Made by a program: the position numbers and the translations under genes | The notes under the pieces: model-generated | Seen by the model: only the letters and a program-made list of their open reading frames with translations | What the model was told of the DNA's origin: nothing | The model's database searches: none | DNA from: Camelus dromedarius | Lineage: Eukaryota | Assembly: GCF_036321535.1 (NCBI RefSeq) | Contig: NC_087437.1 | Span: 62,312,001 to 62,376,000, forward strand | Length of the DNA stretch: 64,000 bases | Reading direction: 5' to 3' | Shown here: positions 38,613 to 51,610 of the stretch, piece by piece | Position numbering within the stretch: position 1 is the stretch's first letter | How the letters are laid out: every line of letters starts with the position of its first letter

Positions 38613-39762
38613 AAATGAAGAAACAAAAAGAGATGAAAGGGGTTCACTGAAGTCGTTAGCAGTGGCGAGGAGCAGACTTGGCTCTGGGCTGCTGGACACC
38701 AGTGGGATGGGTTTCTACTGGACAAAGAAGGAAAGAAGGGAGCTGGTCCCCTTCTCTGAGATTATTCAGATAAGGGAAAACTCAGACCTTTGGTTTGGAT
38801 GGTAATAAACAGCAGGAATTATCCTGACATCACAGATGGAGGGAACTTACACAATAGCAAATTATCTTTTGGACCATTGATATGCAGGACAGTTTAAGAT
38901 ATCCTCTTCCTCCAGGGAGGCTGCAGAGAGCAAGCTGCTCCAACTGCCCATCCAGGGATTCAGGCCTCACGGTTCAGCCATTGCCTATAATTTACAATGT
39001 TGCTAGCAAAGCATCAGAGATAAACTATGTGAGTGGAAATAAAATTCTGGGAATGAGACTAGGAGCTAGAGAGACGAACCTCGAATGCTCCAGGGGTCGG
39101 CTAAGTGTCCCGGAGCAACCAGGTAGTGTGGAAGGAGAGCCTGTCTCTGCTGGCCCCTGGGAGGAGAAGGTCTTTGTGAATAATTAAGTCATTGTTTGAG
39201 ACCGGATGCTCCACCCCCAGGGAGCAATAGAATTGCAAGTCTGTTCTGAACTTGTCAGGAGGGACAACGCCTAAGCCCCATGCTGGACATTTGGTTTTAT
39301 GATCCCGAGTGATTTGGTGCTTTCCCCAGAAAGTTCATTTACAGGAAAGCTACGTAAAGGGAGGAAACTCCAGATTCTCTTACCCAGGGCAAGTATAACT
39401 AAACATGTCTGACCCTAGGCTGGGTGCACAAGGTGACTGACATATCCTCCAACCCTTTCCAGTCAGAGAACTCTCACAGGTAGAGAACTTGTCCTAGGGT
39501 TTCCTGCCCCCTGAAATGAGAATCTGTATGGGTATAAAGACAGCTGGGCATTTCTGCAAACAAAACATCGTATTTTTATGGTTCGTGAAGTAGCTTCACG
39601 CAGTAAAAGAAGACTGACCAGGGAGTTCGAAAGCCTGAATTCTAGCCCAGCCTTGCTAGTAGCAAACTGTGACCCCAGGACAAATCACATCCTCCACAAA
39701 GCCAGAGTTGCCCCAGCCCCGCAACTCCTCAAGCAGGTGGGAAACTGCTGGACTAAAGAACC

Positions 39763-40297
39763 TGTTGACATAAATAATCAATAAACAATCAGTAATAAGA
39801 ATAGGAATGAATTTTTTCTAAGCCAGACTGCAGACTGGCCTGGGAGCCCACATCCCAGATTACTCTGAGGTGCTGCTTCAGAGAAGCTTGGCTTCCAGCC
39901 CGGTTTTATATCTTATCAGAACGAAGAAGCAGAACAAGTCAGGGATACATTTCTTCAAGGTTTCAAAAAAAAAAAAGAAAGAAAGAAAAGAAAAGAACAA
40001 ACCAGCACGTACACAGTGAGTCAGTGTGGCCTTGGCTCCTGGGAAGGGAGTCTTATCAACAAGGGAGGACCAGCATTGGCGTCCTGGGAAGAGGGGCCTT
40101 TAATCTTTGTTTTTAACATGGACATTCTTTACTTCTGGTCAACGTGCCTTTTTCTTTAATAATTACAGCAGATAAACAATGTATGTTTGATAGGTCATAA
40201 ACAGGCTATTTTAGTTAGCATAAAATTCAAATTCATAATTCATGTATGAGCCAGAGTGACTTCCCTATATCTCAATATGTGAAAATTTCTTTTATCA
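39763..40297 (-). mobile_element. ERV solo LTR
   Basis: TG...CA ends, near-TSD aacc/aaca, minus-strand TATA near 39904. Family resemblance to the 33356 LTR (actctgagg...ctgct). Confidence 0.65.
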
Positions 40298-40579
40298 AAC
40301 AGTAAAGGCCCTTCCGGCTTCAACATCCTGTGAATTTGACCCTTGTTTGCACCTGTTTCCCCCATGGTGCAGAGATCTCTGTCCCCCAGAAGAGTCTAAA
40401 TCTGCTCCATTGGGGCTGTGTCCTCTCTGCCCCGGAAAACCTGGCCCTTTGGGTTCAAAGATTTTTTGGCTTTTTTTTTTTTCTTGCACCTAATTGCATT
40501 TTTACTTGTTTTAGGCAAATACTAAAAATAACAACAATAACACTTCTCAGTGGGCAGCTACAAAAAAATAGAGTGGTAG

Positions 40580-41038
40580 TGTTACAGAAACGACAGGCCA
40601 GTCAGGAAATTAGCACCACTCGGAGGGTTGGAGTACTCAGATGTATTACGCCGGAGAGCTCAGAGGGGCTTCTGCTCCGAAGCTCTGAGCACCTCCAAGA
40701 CGTGAGCATGAGGTTTTATAGGGTAAAGTACAGGCTTGGGGTATTCAGCCAATAGGCATGGAACAGCTTTAGCAGCATTATCATCACAAAAGTGGAGGCA
40801 GGGAGGCAGCAAACCAACATTCCAAAGCCAGATATGTATCTTTGAAAACCCAGCTGGCTAGCAAAAAACATGAACAACAAAACAACACTGATTAACCTAG
40901 ATTTACAAGTTAGTCTAGCAGAACTCAGATCAGTATTCCAGTACCTAGATTTGTGAGTTATCTTGTTAGCCCAGCCTCTCCTTCACATTCCTAGACTTGT
41001 GAGTTGTCTTGTTAGACCAGCCCGGTTTTTCCTTCACA
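40580..41038 (-). mobile_element. ERV1 solo LTR with perfect 4-bp TSD
   Basis: gtag|TGTTAC...TTCACA|gtag. Minus-strand TATAAAA near 40713-40719. Internal ~45-bp repeats (cctagatttgtgagttatcttgttag). Confidence 0.8.
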
Positions 41039-41141
41039 GTAGCTTTAGGTCTAATTTGTAAGACACTAGACGGCGCTTTCATAGATACCGTTTCTTTACA
41101 GAACTTACTCATTTAAATGTTAAATTTTTTTTTACCCACAG

Positions 41142-41316
41142 AAAGAATAAAAATGACATAAGCAAACTCATCTTCAAAAGTGGCGATTTCCAAATGTCCC
41201 CATATGCTGAGTACCCCAAGAACCCTCGGTCCCAAGAATGGGGCCGGGAAGCTATCGAGATGCACGAGAACGGAAGTACCAAGAACCTCCTCCAGATGAC
41301 GGACGTGTATCACTCG
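41142..41316 (+). CDS. HEG1: HEG1 cytoplasmic exon
   Basis: tacccacag| KNKNDISKLIFKSGDFQMSPYAEYPKNPRSQEWGREAIEMHENGSTKNLLQMTDVYHS |GTGCGT. Confidence 0.97.
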
Positions 41317-42441
41317 GTGCGTATGTCCGCCCCCGGGGGTCTCTGGGCTCCACTTTCCTCTGAGAATTCAAGGGCTTCCGTTTTGTGGTAGTCAGAGCAC
41401 TCCAGCTAGTTAAGGGTTAAAGAGAATGGTGGCCTACGCCCATTATTCACATAATTTAATATTCAGTTTACTTACTATCTCTTTGCATGGTATTTATCAG
41501 TTTCGACACTGAGAGAAGAATTTTTCCACAGAGCGCAGCCTGTACTTTATGGGGTTGTAGCAATAACCCTCTTGTCACTGAAATTGCTTTTAAGTTACAG
41601 GATTGGAAACTAATAGATAAAGAATTTAATGACATTTAGCCTTTGGCCCATCCATTTTTATCTCATCAGCCATGCTTTACATCATGAGGTTGGGTAATTG
41701 AAACTGAGGGACGGGGAAAAGGTGTAGAGACAACATGCCATCCTCAACCAGCCCTTGTCAGAGGTTTTGCAGATTCAGTAGGTCTTTAGTAATTTTCTGT
41801 GCCCAGCCCTGGACTGCATCGTTTGGACAGATGAGAGACCACTTTTATCCCTGCTTCTTCTGTCCCACATTGAATAGCCCATGTCATATTCCAGTGCCCT
41901 GTCAGTTCATCTCAGGTTACACAGTATCAGCCATAAAGCAAACACAAGTGGAGATACCTGAGCTGAAAAATAAACAGCCATCAGGTGACTTCTCCTGCCC
42001 TGTGGAGCTGTTCTAGGTATAGCAATAAATATGAAACCTCGCCCAATGGGGACTTAATAGCTTTAAGCCACAGCCCCTCTGGTTGCTATGGGGATTAACC
42101 TGACGGTTCAGATTTTGGATGGGAGGGGCATTCATGCTAAGGAAGCTATAGTTTCAATGGACTGAAAAATGTGAACATGGCCTGGAGGAAGAACAGGATG
42201 AAATAAGGGGAAAGATAAATGCAGATACAAAGCTGGGTCTAGTTCGAATGTTCCTGTTGATATTTCTGCATAAGGGCTTTGCTTTTTCCTCTATTTGTCA
42301 GGGAAGTCCTTTTCCTCTGATAAGTGCAGCCGTAACTGAACAGGATCTCTCCCAGGGGTGCCAGCTCTCACCCATCACTAGGGGCTCCTCAGCCGACGGG
42401 TAGCACCAGGACAAAGCAACGACAGGACAGTGGCCTCACAG

Positions 42442-43100
42442 TGTTGTCGGTAGATGCAACCGACGTTCCAGGTTCTTGTCCCGTCCCAGAAAGAATTCAG
42501 AGACAAGACATAGAGGTTAAAAAAAGTAAAGTGAGGATTTATTAAAGGATGGTTAGTACACTCTCAAGGAGAGAGCTGGCAGGCTCAGGTGAGTGGCTGC
42601 CCTGTGTTTCTTTGGCAAGTTAATTACATAGGGTGTAAAAATGTTTAGGCAGAATATTCACTGGGGAGGGAAGGGTTTGGGGTCGTATTCCCTGATTATC
42701 ATCCCAACTCCACCTTCCCAAAGGGAGGAGGGATTTTTGTCCTTATTTAGTCTGGATCGGAAGTGTCATGGCGTTGGTGCATGATAGGTACTTCTGATCT
42801 GCAAGGCTAGTTTTATTGAAATGAGGGCATAATGAGCAAAAGGTTACATCCAGACACTGGAAATTCGTGCCTTTTCTCACCTTTCTTTGCTCATCTCCAG
42901 GCAACTCATCACCCCAAAAGGTGTGATCCCTTATCAGCCCAAAGGTTCCTGCTTTTCTTTCTCTGCCTAGGGACCCCTAGTGCTTACATGATGTGTGGTT
43001 TCCTGCATTTGGCTTGTACCCTTCCTTTCTGCCCAATTCCTGCCATTAGGTTTGTGTCCCCCTTTCTCTGCTTATATTTAGCTATCTGCCTGCTCTAACA
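42442..43100 (-). mobile_element. ERV1 solo LTR with perfect 4-bp TSD
   Basis: acag|TGTTGTCGG...CTCTAACA|acag. Minus-strand AATAAA at 42538-42543. Confidence 0.85.
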
Positions 43101-43977
43101 ACAGGACACACCTTCGCCGCCAGTTCCCAGCCCTTAGCTGAAGAGTTGCCTTAGATAGAATTACAATGTAAAGGAACCCCATCTTCATTTCATACAAGGT
43201 GGGCTGAGCAGTCTGTAGACGCAGAGCCTAAGCCTAGGGTGGGAAGCTGTCACTCGAGGGAGGGAGCTGCCCCTCACAGTGTTCTCAGTTGCACACTGGG
43301 CTCTCCTGGGATCCACATTAGAATAAGCAGAATCTAGTGTTTTATTTCTACCAAGCCAGCATCACCCTCTCTGCCCCGTGCTGCTCCTCAAAGTAGCCAG
43401 GGCTTCCCCAAGGGGCTCCTTTGCTCCTTAGATAGGTAGTCATGACTGCTAAGCTGGGATCTGGTCAGAGATACCTGAGAATCAGCCAGCCTCCTGCTTT
43501 GGGGTCCTAACTCCACCTCCAGCCAGGGCTGCCATGATGTTGTCAAAGTCAGTCCCCCATTCGCAGCAGGGACACTAGCGTTCTGGTAAATGCCAGAGAG
43601 GATTTAAAGCCATTGTGTGCCACAGAGAAAGATACTCTTTTTTTAAGTCAAAATAATAATCAGATAATAATTAATCTCGATAATAATCAAGATAATATTC
43701 AACTCAGGCTTTTCCTCTGTTGGCCTGTGGGCTGCTCTTGATGATATAATGTTTCTAAAAATCCCCTTTTGAAATATGGGCAAAGGTGCCCCAGTTTCCA
43801 CAGAGAGATGACCTGGCAGGTGTGATTTCCAGGTCAGGCCTTGTTCTGCGGGAACAGCTGCTTCCGCATTAAACTCATCGAAACGGAGCATTCATCGTCG
43901 TCGTCGTTGTTTTCAACAATTTAATTTAAACCCAAGAATCATAAATTGACTTTTCTTGTTCTCTCTTTGGCCACCAG

Positions 43978-44127
43978 CCCACCAGTGTAAGGAATCCTGA
44001 ACTTGAACGGAACGGCCTCTACCCAGCCTACACTGGATTGCCAGGATCGCGGCATTCTTGCATTTTCCCCGGACAGTATAACCCATCTTTCATCAGTGAT
44101 GAGAGCAGGAGGCGGGACTACTTCTAA
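43978..44127 (+). CDS. HEG1: HEG1 terminal coding exon with KRIT1-binding C-terminal YF
   Basis: ccaccag| PTSVRNPELERNGLYPAYTGLPGSRHSCIFPGQYNPSFISDESRRRDYF, then TAA at 44125-44127. Confidence 0.97.
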   Translation, partial: PTSVRNPELERNGLYPAYTGLPGSRHSCIFPGQYNPSFISDESRRRDYF

Positions 44128-47100
44128 GTGCAGACGGCGCAGGGGCCTCCATCACTCAGAGGACCGGACGGGGAGCAGCGCCCGGGGCCGCTCCCGGGGC
44201 TAGAGGAGCCACACCAGCGGAAGGGGCCGGGCGGAAGCGCCGCGACGACAGGGGAGGCGACAGCGGGAGCCCGTGGAACTGGAACTGCCGGCTGCTCTTC
44301 AGCACCTGCATTGTTACTGTGAATGTGAACACGGGCCAGTACCACGGGGTCCCCGCGTGCCTGCAGCAGGGCCACGGCTGGGGGATGACGTTCCTTAGGG
44401 CTGATCACTAGGCATCATTGCAAGGACCCAGGTTTTCCTTAGCTTGCACCTCGGTAGATGCAAAAGCAGGGAGGGAGGTCTCCTTTCAGGTGTTTTTCAA
44501 GACTGCTCCGGAAAGAAGGCCTCTTCCTCAGACACTTCCAGAGGCCTCAATTTGGTGATGCTTTGACAGCGAAATACTGCCTCCTCAGTTGTTTTCCTGC
44601 CCAGTAGCTCCGTGCTGAAGCACAGGTGCCGACGGGCCTACCACTAGTGTCTGGAGATGCCGCAGGTTAAGGCACAGGGTTTCCACGTGCTTCTAAGTCT
44701 TCTTGTGCTACGTTCGCCAGACAGGCCCCCCCCCCCCCCCAAACGAGGAGCTGAAGTGTGTGAGGCACAGCACACAACTCCAGTGTGCTTTCTTTAGTCC
44801 AGGTGACACGTTTATTTAAGGTTTTTTCCCTTTGCTGTCACAGCTCGCTTTTCCATACACGCCTGCATCAGGGCAAACAACTTGCACTTGGTTCTAATTA
44901 GAGGCTCCAGCTGCCCCACAGTGAGCCCAGCAGGCAGCAGCGGGCACGGGGTGAAGTTCCTGGTGGAAGGTCGACCCCCGAGGGCACCGTGTGGTGTGGG
45001 AGCTCTGAGCGCCTGCATTGAGGCCCAGGCTGCCACGTAGGGAGCAGAAGTGAAAAGCTGACTGCAGGTTGGGCCTGAGCTGCTATTTCACCACTAATGC
45101 AAAAGCAGCTGGATGTGGTTAGAGGAGCGGGATGGATAGGCGAGTTCGATTATCTGGAACGCCAGCCCTTTGGGAAGCCCTGCATATTGCTGGGGAAGGA
45201 GAGGGAGCTGAGGGGAGCCACACGTGAGTCTGCTTACCTAGTGCAGCACCTGTCCTAGAATTTCTGGTCTCGTCCACACCCAGTGTAGCTTGAGTGGTTC
45301 CACCAACCACTCAATGCTATTTATTCATTGAAGAAATAACTTATTTTCTCTCAGACAGTAATTTGTAACTCTTCATAGTATCACATAGTTCCCTCCAGAA
45401 GCATGGGTATAATTCAAGTTGGCTTTGGAGAACTAAGTCTCCTGGCCAGTTAGGGAGTTGAGCATTTGCCTTGGGGAAAGAAACAACCCTGTGTCTTATT
45501 TATTATGCCCATGACCTGGGTCCTGCGTGTGGAGGAGGGTCGGGGGGGGGGTGCATATCCACTGCGGTGTCTTTACTCCTTGTGGAATTGTGATCATTCT
45601 CATCATCTACTTTTGAACATCCTGGTTTGGGGTAAAGAGAACACAGAGGTAAAAAAAATTGTTCCCACCCTGAAGCTTGGAGCCCAATGGCACACTCGTT
45701 TCTGGAAATGGTGCGGCCTTTGGAGACAGTTCTGTCCTGGGCATGGTGGTTTCTTCAAGATTCTCTACTGTCTTCAGAATGTATCTAATCCTTAATCTTA
45801 TGGAATTCTCATCCTAACAGCTTTAAGTGCAAACTCCTGTGTCCCATGGTCTCCACGAGCAGGAAGGCTGCTCAGATGCGATGCCACTTTTGCAGTTCAA
45901 TTGCACTCATCTCATGAGATAGATACAAAGAGTCCTGTTTTTTGTCAGTGGGTGCCAACTTAAAATCTCAGAGCATCCCCTTTGAGAAATCTTGGGTCTT
46001 GCCTCTCCCCGTGGAACCAAACAGCCCTCTGAGTCTCACGGCCTCGCATCTAACTGGAGAGCTCGGAGCTCCTGCACTCAGCTCACCTGAGCCAACAGGC
46101 TGGGTCCCTCCTGAGGCAGCTGCTTCCTGCTCTAGACGCAGAGCCCTGCTCACCTCCAGGGCCCAGAGCACAGTGGGGGCTGTTCCCAGGCATACACGCC
46201 TGCTGCCTCCACTGGCAGATCATCTCCGATACCAGGGCCAGAAGCTGTATGCTCCCCCACATGGAGTGGTCTGTCCCCAAAGCATCCTGGAGCAGGATCC
46301 CAACGTCCAGAAAAGAGTGTGCTGTGAGTTCCAAGAATGCTTTCCTGTGAGTGGGTTTTGTGCATGTGAAATGGATTAAGAGTGTTGTCTTTTTCTTTTA
46401 TCGTGAGTACTGTAGCACACCCCCGAAGGTTGAGTTCACAGTTCTGTGCAGTTTCTAGGAGGCTTCTGAGAGTGGAAAAGTGCATCTCCAGGGCGTCAGG
46501 GTCTAAGAAGGCATGAAAGCAGCCTGACTGTTCCTCAGGGCCGGCTGCCTGCCTGGGTGAGGAAGGGAGAGGCCAGCTTCACTCCTGCTTGGGGTGAATA
46601 TGCCTCCAGAAGGGTCCCCCCTGAGCCAAGAAATTGTTTGTGGGGCAGCAGCCCTGGACTGAAGGGACAGGCTGGATGCACCCTGGGGGAGCAGAAGCCC
46701 TCAGTGTTAGTCCTCCCACCTGGGGTGTGCGTTTCCTGTGCACAGAAATGTCCCGGTCCTACATGGGGTCCCGGGACTAGAGGACAAAGGGAGGAAAGGA
46801 AAAGTGGCCCCTAGCAGCCTGGGAGATGCTGAGAGGGTAGGGAAGAGTGGGCTGAACAGAACCCCCGCATCCTGCAGCGTACCTGAGCCTGGGGACGCAG
46901 AGCAGGGCAGCGCTCACCTGGAGCCTCCCACATCTGTGGGTTTGGTTGTAGCTCCAGAGGTCCTATTTCTTGTGTCTCTTCCTCTTTGCCCCACGAGCCA
47001 GCCCAGGGCACTGGAGACAATTTAGGAAGTCTTAATAGTCCCAAGAGCATCTCTTGTGTTTCCAGCAGGGCCAGGATCTGTGCAGGATCCTTGCCCTCAC

Positions 47101-49130
47101 CACACCCTGGTGAGGTGGACATGAGAGCACTCATTCTCGGATGTGGGAACCTTCAGAGAGGACAAGCCCCTGCCTTGGAGAGTCAGGATCCAAACCCTTT
47201 ACGTGGCTTGCTCCTCCTGGCTGATGCCTCACCATCCAGTATTAAAGAGAGCATGAGAGAGTGGGCTGAGAATAAGTTTGGGTTTGTTTTGGTTTGGGTT
47301 TTTAGAACTTTGATATTATTAAACTGGAACTAAACTGATGACATGAAGTACAAAAACAAAATGTTGAAAAAGTCCTTTCAGGTCTGTTGTTACATGTATT
47401 TTTTGGACACCTGTGATGGTCATTAAGAAAGCTGTGGTCAGCTTGTGCTTAGCAAGAAGCACAGTGGTACATGGCTTTGGATGTAGGAGTGTACGGTGAT
47501 GCTCTGGGTTTTGACAGACACAGCTAGACTTAGACATCCATCTGAGGGCTGCCTCACCTGGTTCCGTGGTAAGGCCGGATTTCCCACATATTGGAAGCAG
47601 ATCTTTGTGAATGTTATCAGAGTCTGGAACTTACTCAGTTGAATGTCTTAAATGCTGACAAATTCCCCTCCTTTGACAGAAGTTTAATTTCAGAAGCAGC
47701 TAAGTCATTAAGAACCAACATTACTAAATGGATTGTGTTTTCAAGCTGGCTGATGGCATTTGAGGTCCAAAACAAAGCTGTAACAATTAAGTTCTTAAAG
47801 ATGTTGTTCTTATAGTTGGTCCAAATGGGAGGGCAGCATCTTTGCAGTACGAGGCCGGATGGCTGCCCAAGGAAGTGTCTTTGAAGGATGCTATTTATTC
47901 AGATGTGAACCTGTCCCAGAGCAGACACGCCAGGGTCACGTGTCTCACGTGGCTGTTGGGGCCTCTGTTAAGCCCCCTTGCCCACGGGGGGTGGGAGGTG
48001 TGCCTGTAACTGTGTGAAGGCGGCTGACGAAGCCAGAGTGTTTCTCTCCTTGCTCCTGGATGAGTTTAGCTTAGCACACCCCACACCAGGGATTTGGGCC
48101 CGGGCTCTAAGATACTTACTCATATGGAAACTAGAACACTTCTTTGGAGAGAGGAAAAATGCAAAGTTTAGTGTTTCAGGATTTTGCATCTCATTGGAAA
48201 GTACCCTTAATATTAATATCAGAGATATTCTTTCTCTGTGAAAACTTTTGCGGGAATTAGAAGGGACGTTTCATTTTCTTCTTGTTGACAAATGTCATTC
48301 TGAGGTTCTCGTGTGCATTTTTGGAAACAGATATGTTCTGTAGAATTGGCAATGTGTTGCCAAAGCATGTGTTCTTTTTTCCTTTCTCAAATCCCCAGAG
48401 GAGGATCCTGGTTAATATACTAGAAAAATTAAAGTACTAAGTGTCACTTAACTTGTTGTGCTAAAGTATATTTTTAAGAGTGTTTTAATCTGTCCCATTT
48501 GGTGTAAACTGCTCACAGAAAGGCTGTGAAAACAAAGGAGACAATTGAGGTCTAAAAAGAGACAGATCTTTGACTCTGTCCTCTTGGCATTTTAATGAGG
48601 ACGTTCTAAAGGGTTTGCCCATTGGATTCTGGCTTTGTCTTTTTCTAGGGGAAACAGAGTAGTACACTTCAGGTGCAGAGTCCTTGGGTAGGAAGGATGG
48701 GACTGGACAGGAATGAGATGGAACCAGTCTACCCGGGAAGCTACCCCAGGTTTCTGTGTTACCTTGGCCTGTTTCTTAGGGAAAAAAAACAACCTCTCAT
48801 CATGGGTGGCTGTGAGTCTTGTTACTGTTTGTGTTGCTGGATTTATGGTTAAATGAAGCATGTAGCTGGCAAATGAACTTTCTGAGTTCTCACAGGGTCC
48901 CAGATTTCTTGTTGCAAAACTTTAAACCTTAGCCCCTGGTTGATTGTGTTAAACCCATTATGAGAATGTTATTTAAATTTGTATTATAATTGCAACCTCC
49001 ACTAATTATTCTGTACTGTAGCAGCAATGTATTATTTGTAAGAATTTGATTATTTTTATACTATATCCACTATAAGTCTGGCGTTCTAGTCAGTAAAATG
49101 ATGCAATAAAATAAATATCATTGTCACTGT
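44128..49130 (+). other. HEG1: HEG1 3'UTR (~5 kb)
   Basis: Follows the stop codon and is repeat-poor. Ends in an AU-rich block with overlapping AATAAA, followed by a GT/T-rich tract. The exact end is inferred. Confidence 0.7.
49105..49115 (+). terminator. Polyadenylation signal (overlapping AATAAA x2)
   Basis: gcAATAAAATAAAtatcattgtcactgtgtttttct: hexamer plus downstream GU/U-rich element. Confidence 0.75.
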
Positions 49131-51339
49131 GTTTTTCTCCTAATAACAAACAATCCAGACCAGAGTTCAGCAAGGTCTTTCTCATGAGGGCATCGCTTAA
49201 GCAATGGGGCTGTACATTGACCTCTTACATGGCACATGTAGGGACCGAGTTATCACTGTGTCCTCAGTGCTTGGCACCATGAGGAAATATGCTTTTGATG
49301 ACTGATGGATGGGCAGATAGATCAACCTAAATGACTAAAAGCTTGATTCAGTATAACACTGGCTTTTGTTTATTTTTCTTTCTGAGAATTGGAGAGTCAA
49401 TAAATAATTTTCAGACACTGAAAGCTTTCTCCTGAATGCCTCCCACCACCTCTCCATTTCCCATCTTCATGTCTTGGAGGAGGAGGGATAGTAAGCATGC
49501 CCAGGCTCTGTGGTGGGGAGAATCTTGAACTTGAAGATGGTGGCCGTGGGCCTTACACTTAACCGTGGCCTCCTGGTCGATAAATGTTCATTGATGAATT
49601 GCTTCCTTGAGTGCCTTTTGTGACAGGGATCAATGAGCCTCTCATATGCTTTATGACAGTGACCTTGGCCCTAGAAGGGGTCGGTAATGGCAGCTTGGGC
49701 CAGGAAGGTGACCTTTTGACACATGAGATCACAGTTGCAGCCCATCAGACATCTCTGAATGGAGATGAGCAGCAGTGCTCTCCTCTCCTGACTGGGTCCC
49801 TCCCACTCCCCTCTGCCCGCCACCAGTTAGCCCCCAGCTGAGACCTTACTTAGCATAACCCAGTACTGACCCCGTTCACCATCCTGCCCAGCTCAACCAG
49901 ACACAGTAAACGTCACAGCATTTCCGTACCCACACTACCCTGGGAACTGTTCAGGACTGAGAATGGGAGGCCCTTCTGCTGTCCACCCACACGCTGGCCT
50001 GATGCTTGTCCTGCCTGTGTCTCCAACCCAGCAGTTTTGAGCCTCCACCTTAGGGTTTGATTTGCCAGTAAGTCAAGATCTAAACAGTACTTTCAGGCCC
50101 TTGGACTTAAAGGGCTTCAGCAATGCACACTCATATTCCAGTTGCTTGAGGGGTAATGAAGGTCAGGGGCACAATATATAGATTACACAGGCCAGAGTCC
50201 TTCTGTCTGGGATACTGAATGTCAGGACAGCTATAAACCCCCAGAGCTGGGCTGTGTGGACATGAAGCCACGTGATGCAGCATGAACGTCACATCAGAAA
50301 GATACTAGAGAGATGCCAGGAAACAGAAATGTAGGTGATTTTTAATGACCACATAAAAACTTACAGTAGGCCTGGGCTCTAACAGCTGGTACAAGACACT
50401 CCCTGACAGTTTCATGGCTGTTTTCTCAGATCATGTCATCAGGCCTAAGAGTCCGCTCAGCTCTCTGAGCCTCAGTGTCCTGATCAGGGAAATGGGGATA
50501 ATAAGTATCGCCTCCCAGAGTTGTGAGGACTAAAAGGGGGGATTCAAATGAAGACACTCTGAAACTACAAACAAACAATGCAGATTGATTCTCTTCAATA
50601 GAGCCTTCCTGTCACCAAAAGAAAGACAAACAATTACAGGATTAATGTGTCATTCAATGCTGACTCACTAGTGACTGGTCCTGAAGACCTTGGACTTGCC
50701 CTCAAGTTGTTCCTGTCATTTCCCCCGCCTCCTTCTCCCACCTGCTCCCTGTACCATGAAGGAGTTAATGAGCTCAAAATCGTACGCTCTGTACAGCTAG
50801 GAACCAAGACTGTCCTGTTCAACCTGATACGCTCAGTGCCTGGCACCCCGCAGGCATCACTAAAACAAATAGGTGAGTAAGTGGGTGGACAAATCACCCA
50901 ACAGAAGAAACAGATTGAAGTTAGAGTTCCTGGAGATCTACCCCGTCCAGAAGCTGCAGGCTGAGGACTAGCTGGGGGCGGGCAAATAGGTAGCTGCGAC
51001 ACGTACCTGAGCAGGGCCCTTAGCAAAGATCTCTTGTAGCAAAGCTCCAGCGGCACTTGTGGACTAAACACTTGAAGATGCAGCAGAAAGCCCCTCACCT
51101 GATGAACTGTGGAGCAACTATGCCATGAAACACCACTCAGCAAACAGGAGGCCCAAACGACCTCAACAGACAGCAACACGGACGTGTCTCAGAAGTGCTG
51201 TGCTGTGTGTAAAGAGCCAGCCCCAAACGCTGCAGACTGTGTCATTCCAATTGTATTTCATTCTGGAAAAGAGAAGATTATATATAGGGACAGAAAGCAG
51301 GGGAGTGCTTTCCCTGGAGGTCAGGAAGGGCTTTCTTCC

Positions 51340-51610
51340 TTCCAGGCGCATGGTAGCTGGGACTTCCCTACCCACGTTGACATATGGCCATGTGCCTTCC
51401 TTTGGCCAAAGAAATGTGAATAGAAGTGAAGTGTGTCACTTCTGGGAGACCCTTTAAGAGCTGTGTGTGGCCTTCATGTCTCCTGCTCAGCAATCGTGGA
51501 AATATGTGTTGAGATGGAGCCACTGTTGGCCTGGGACACCCAGTGACTAAGAGGAACATAGCCCCTTGCTGACTGGGCTTGGACGTGAATTGGACAAAAA
51601 GTGACACTGG
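51340..51610. mobile_element. MLT1-like (MaLR) LTR fragment
   Basis: ggccatgtg...tttggccaa...aatgtga...agaagtga...tgtgtcacttctggg is characteristic MLT1 text. Confidence 0.6.

Noticed and set aside
44128..44408. GC/CpG-rich stretch with short ORFs just after the stop codon
   Set aside because: Too short for a CpG island promoter and no homology recognised. Consistent with proximal 3'UTR.
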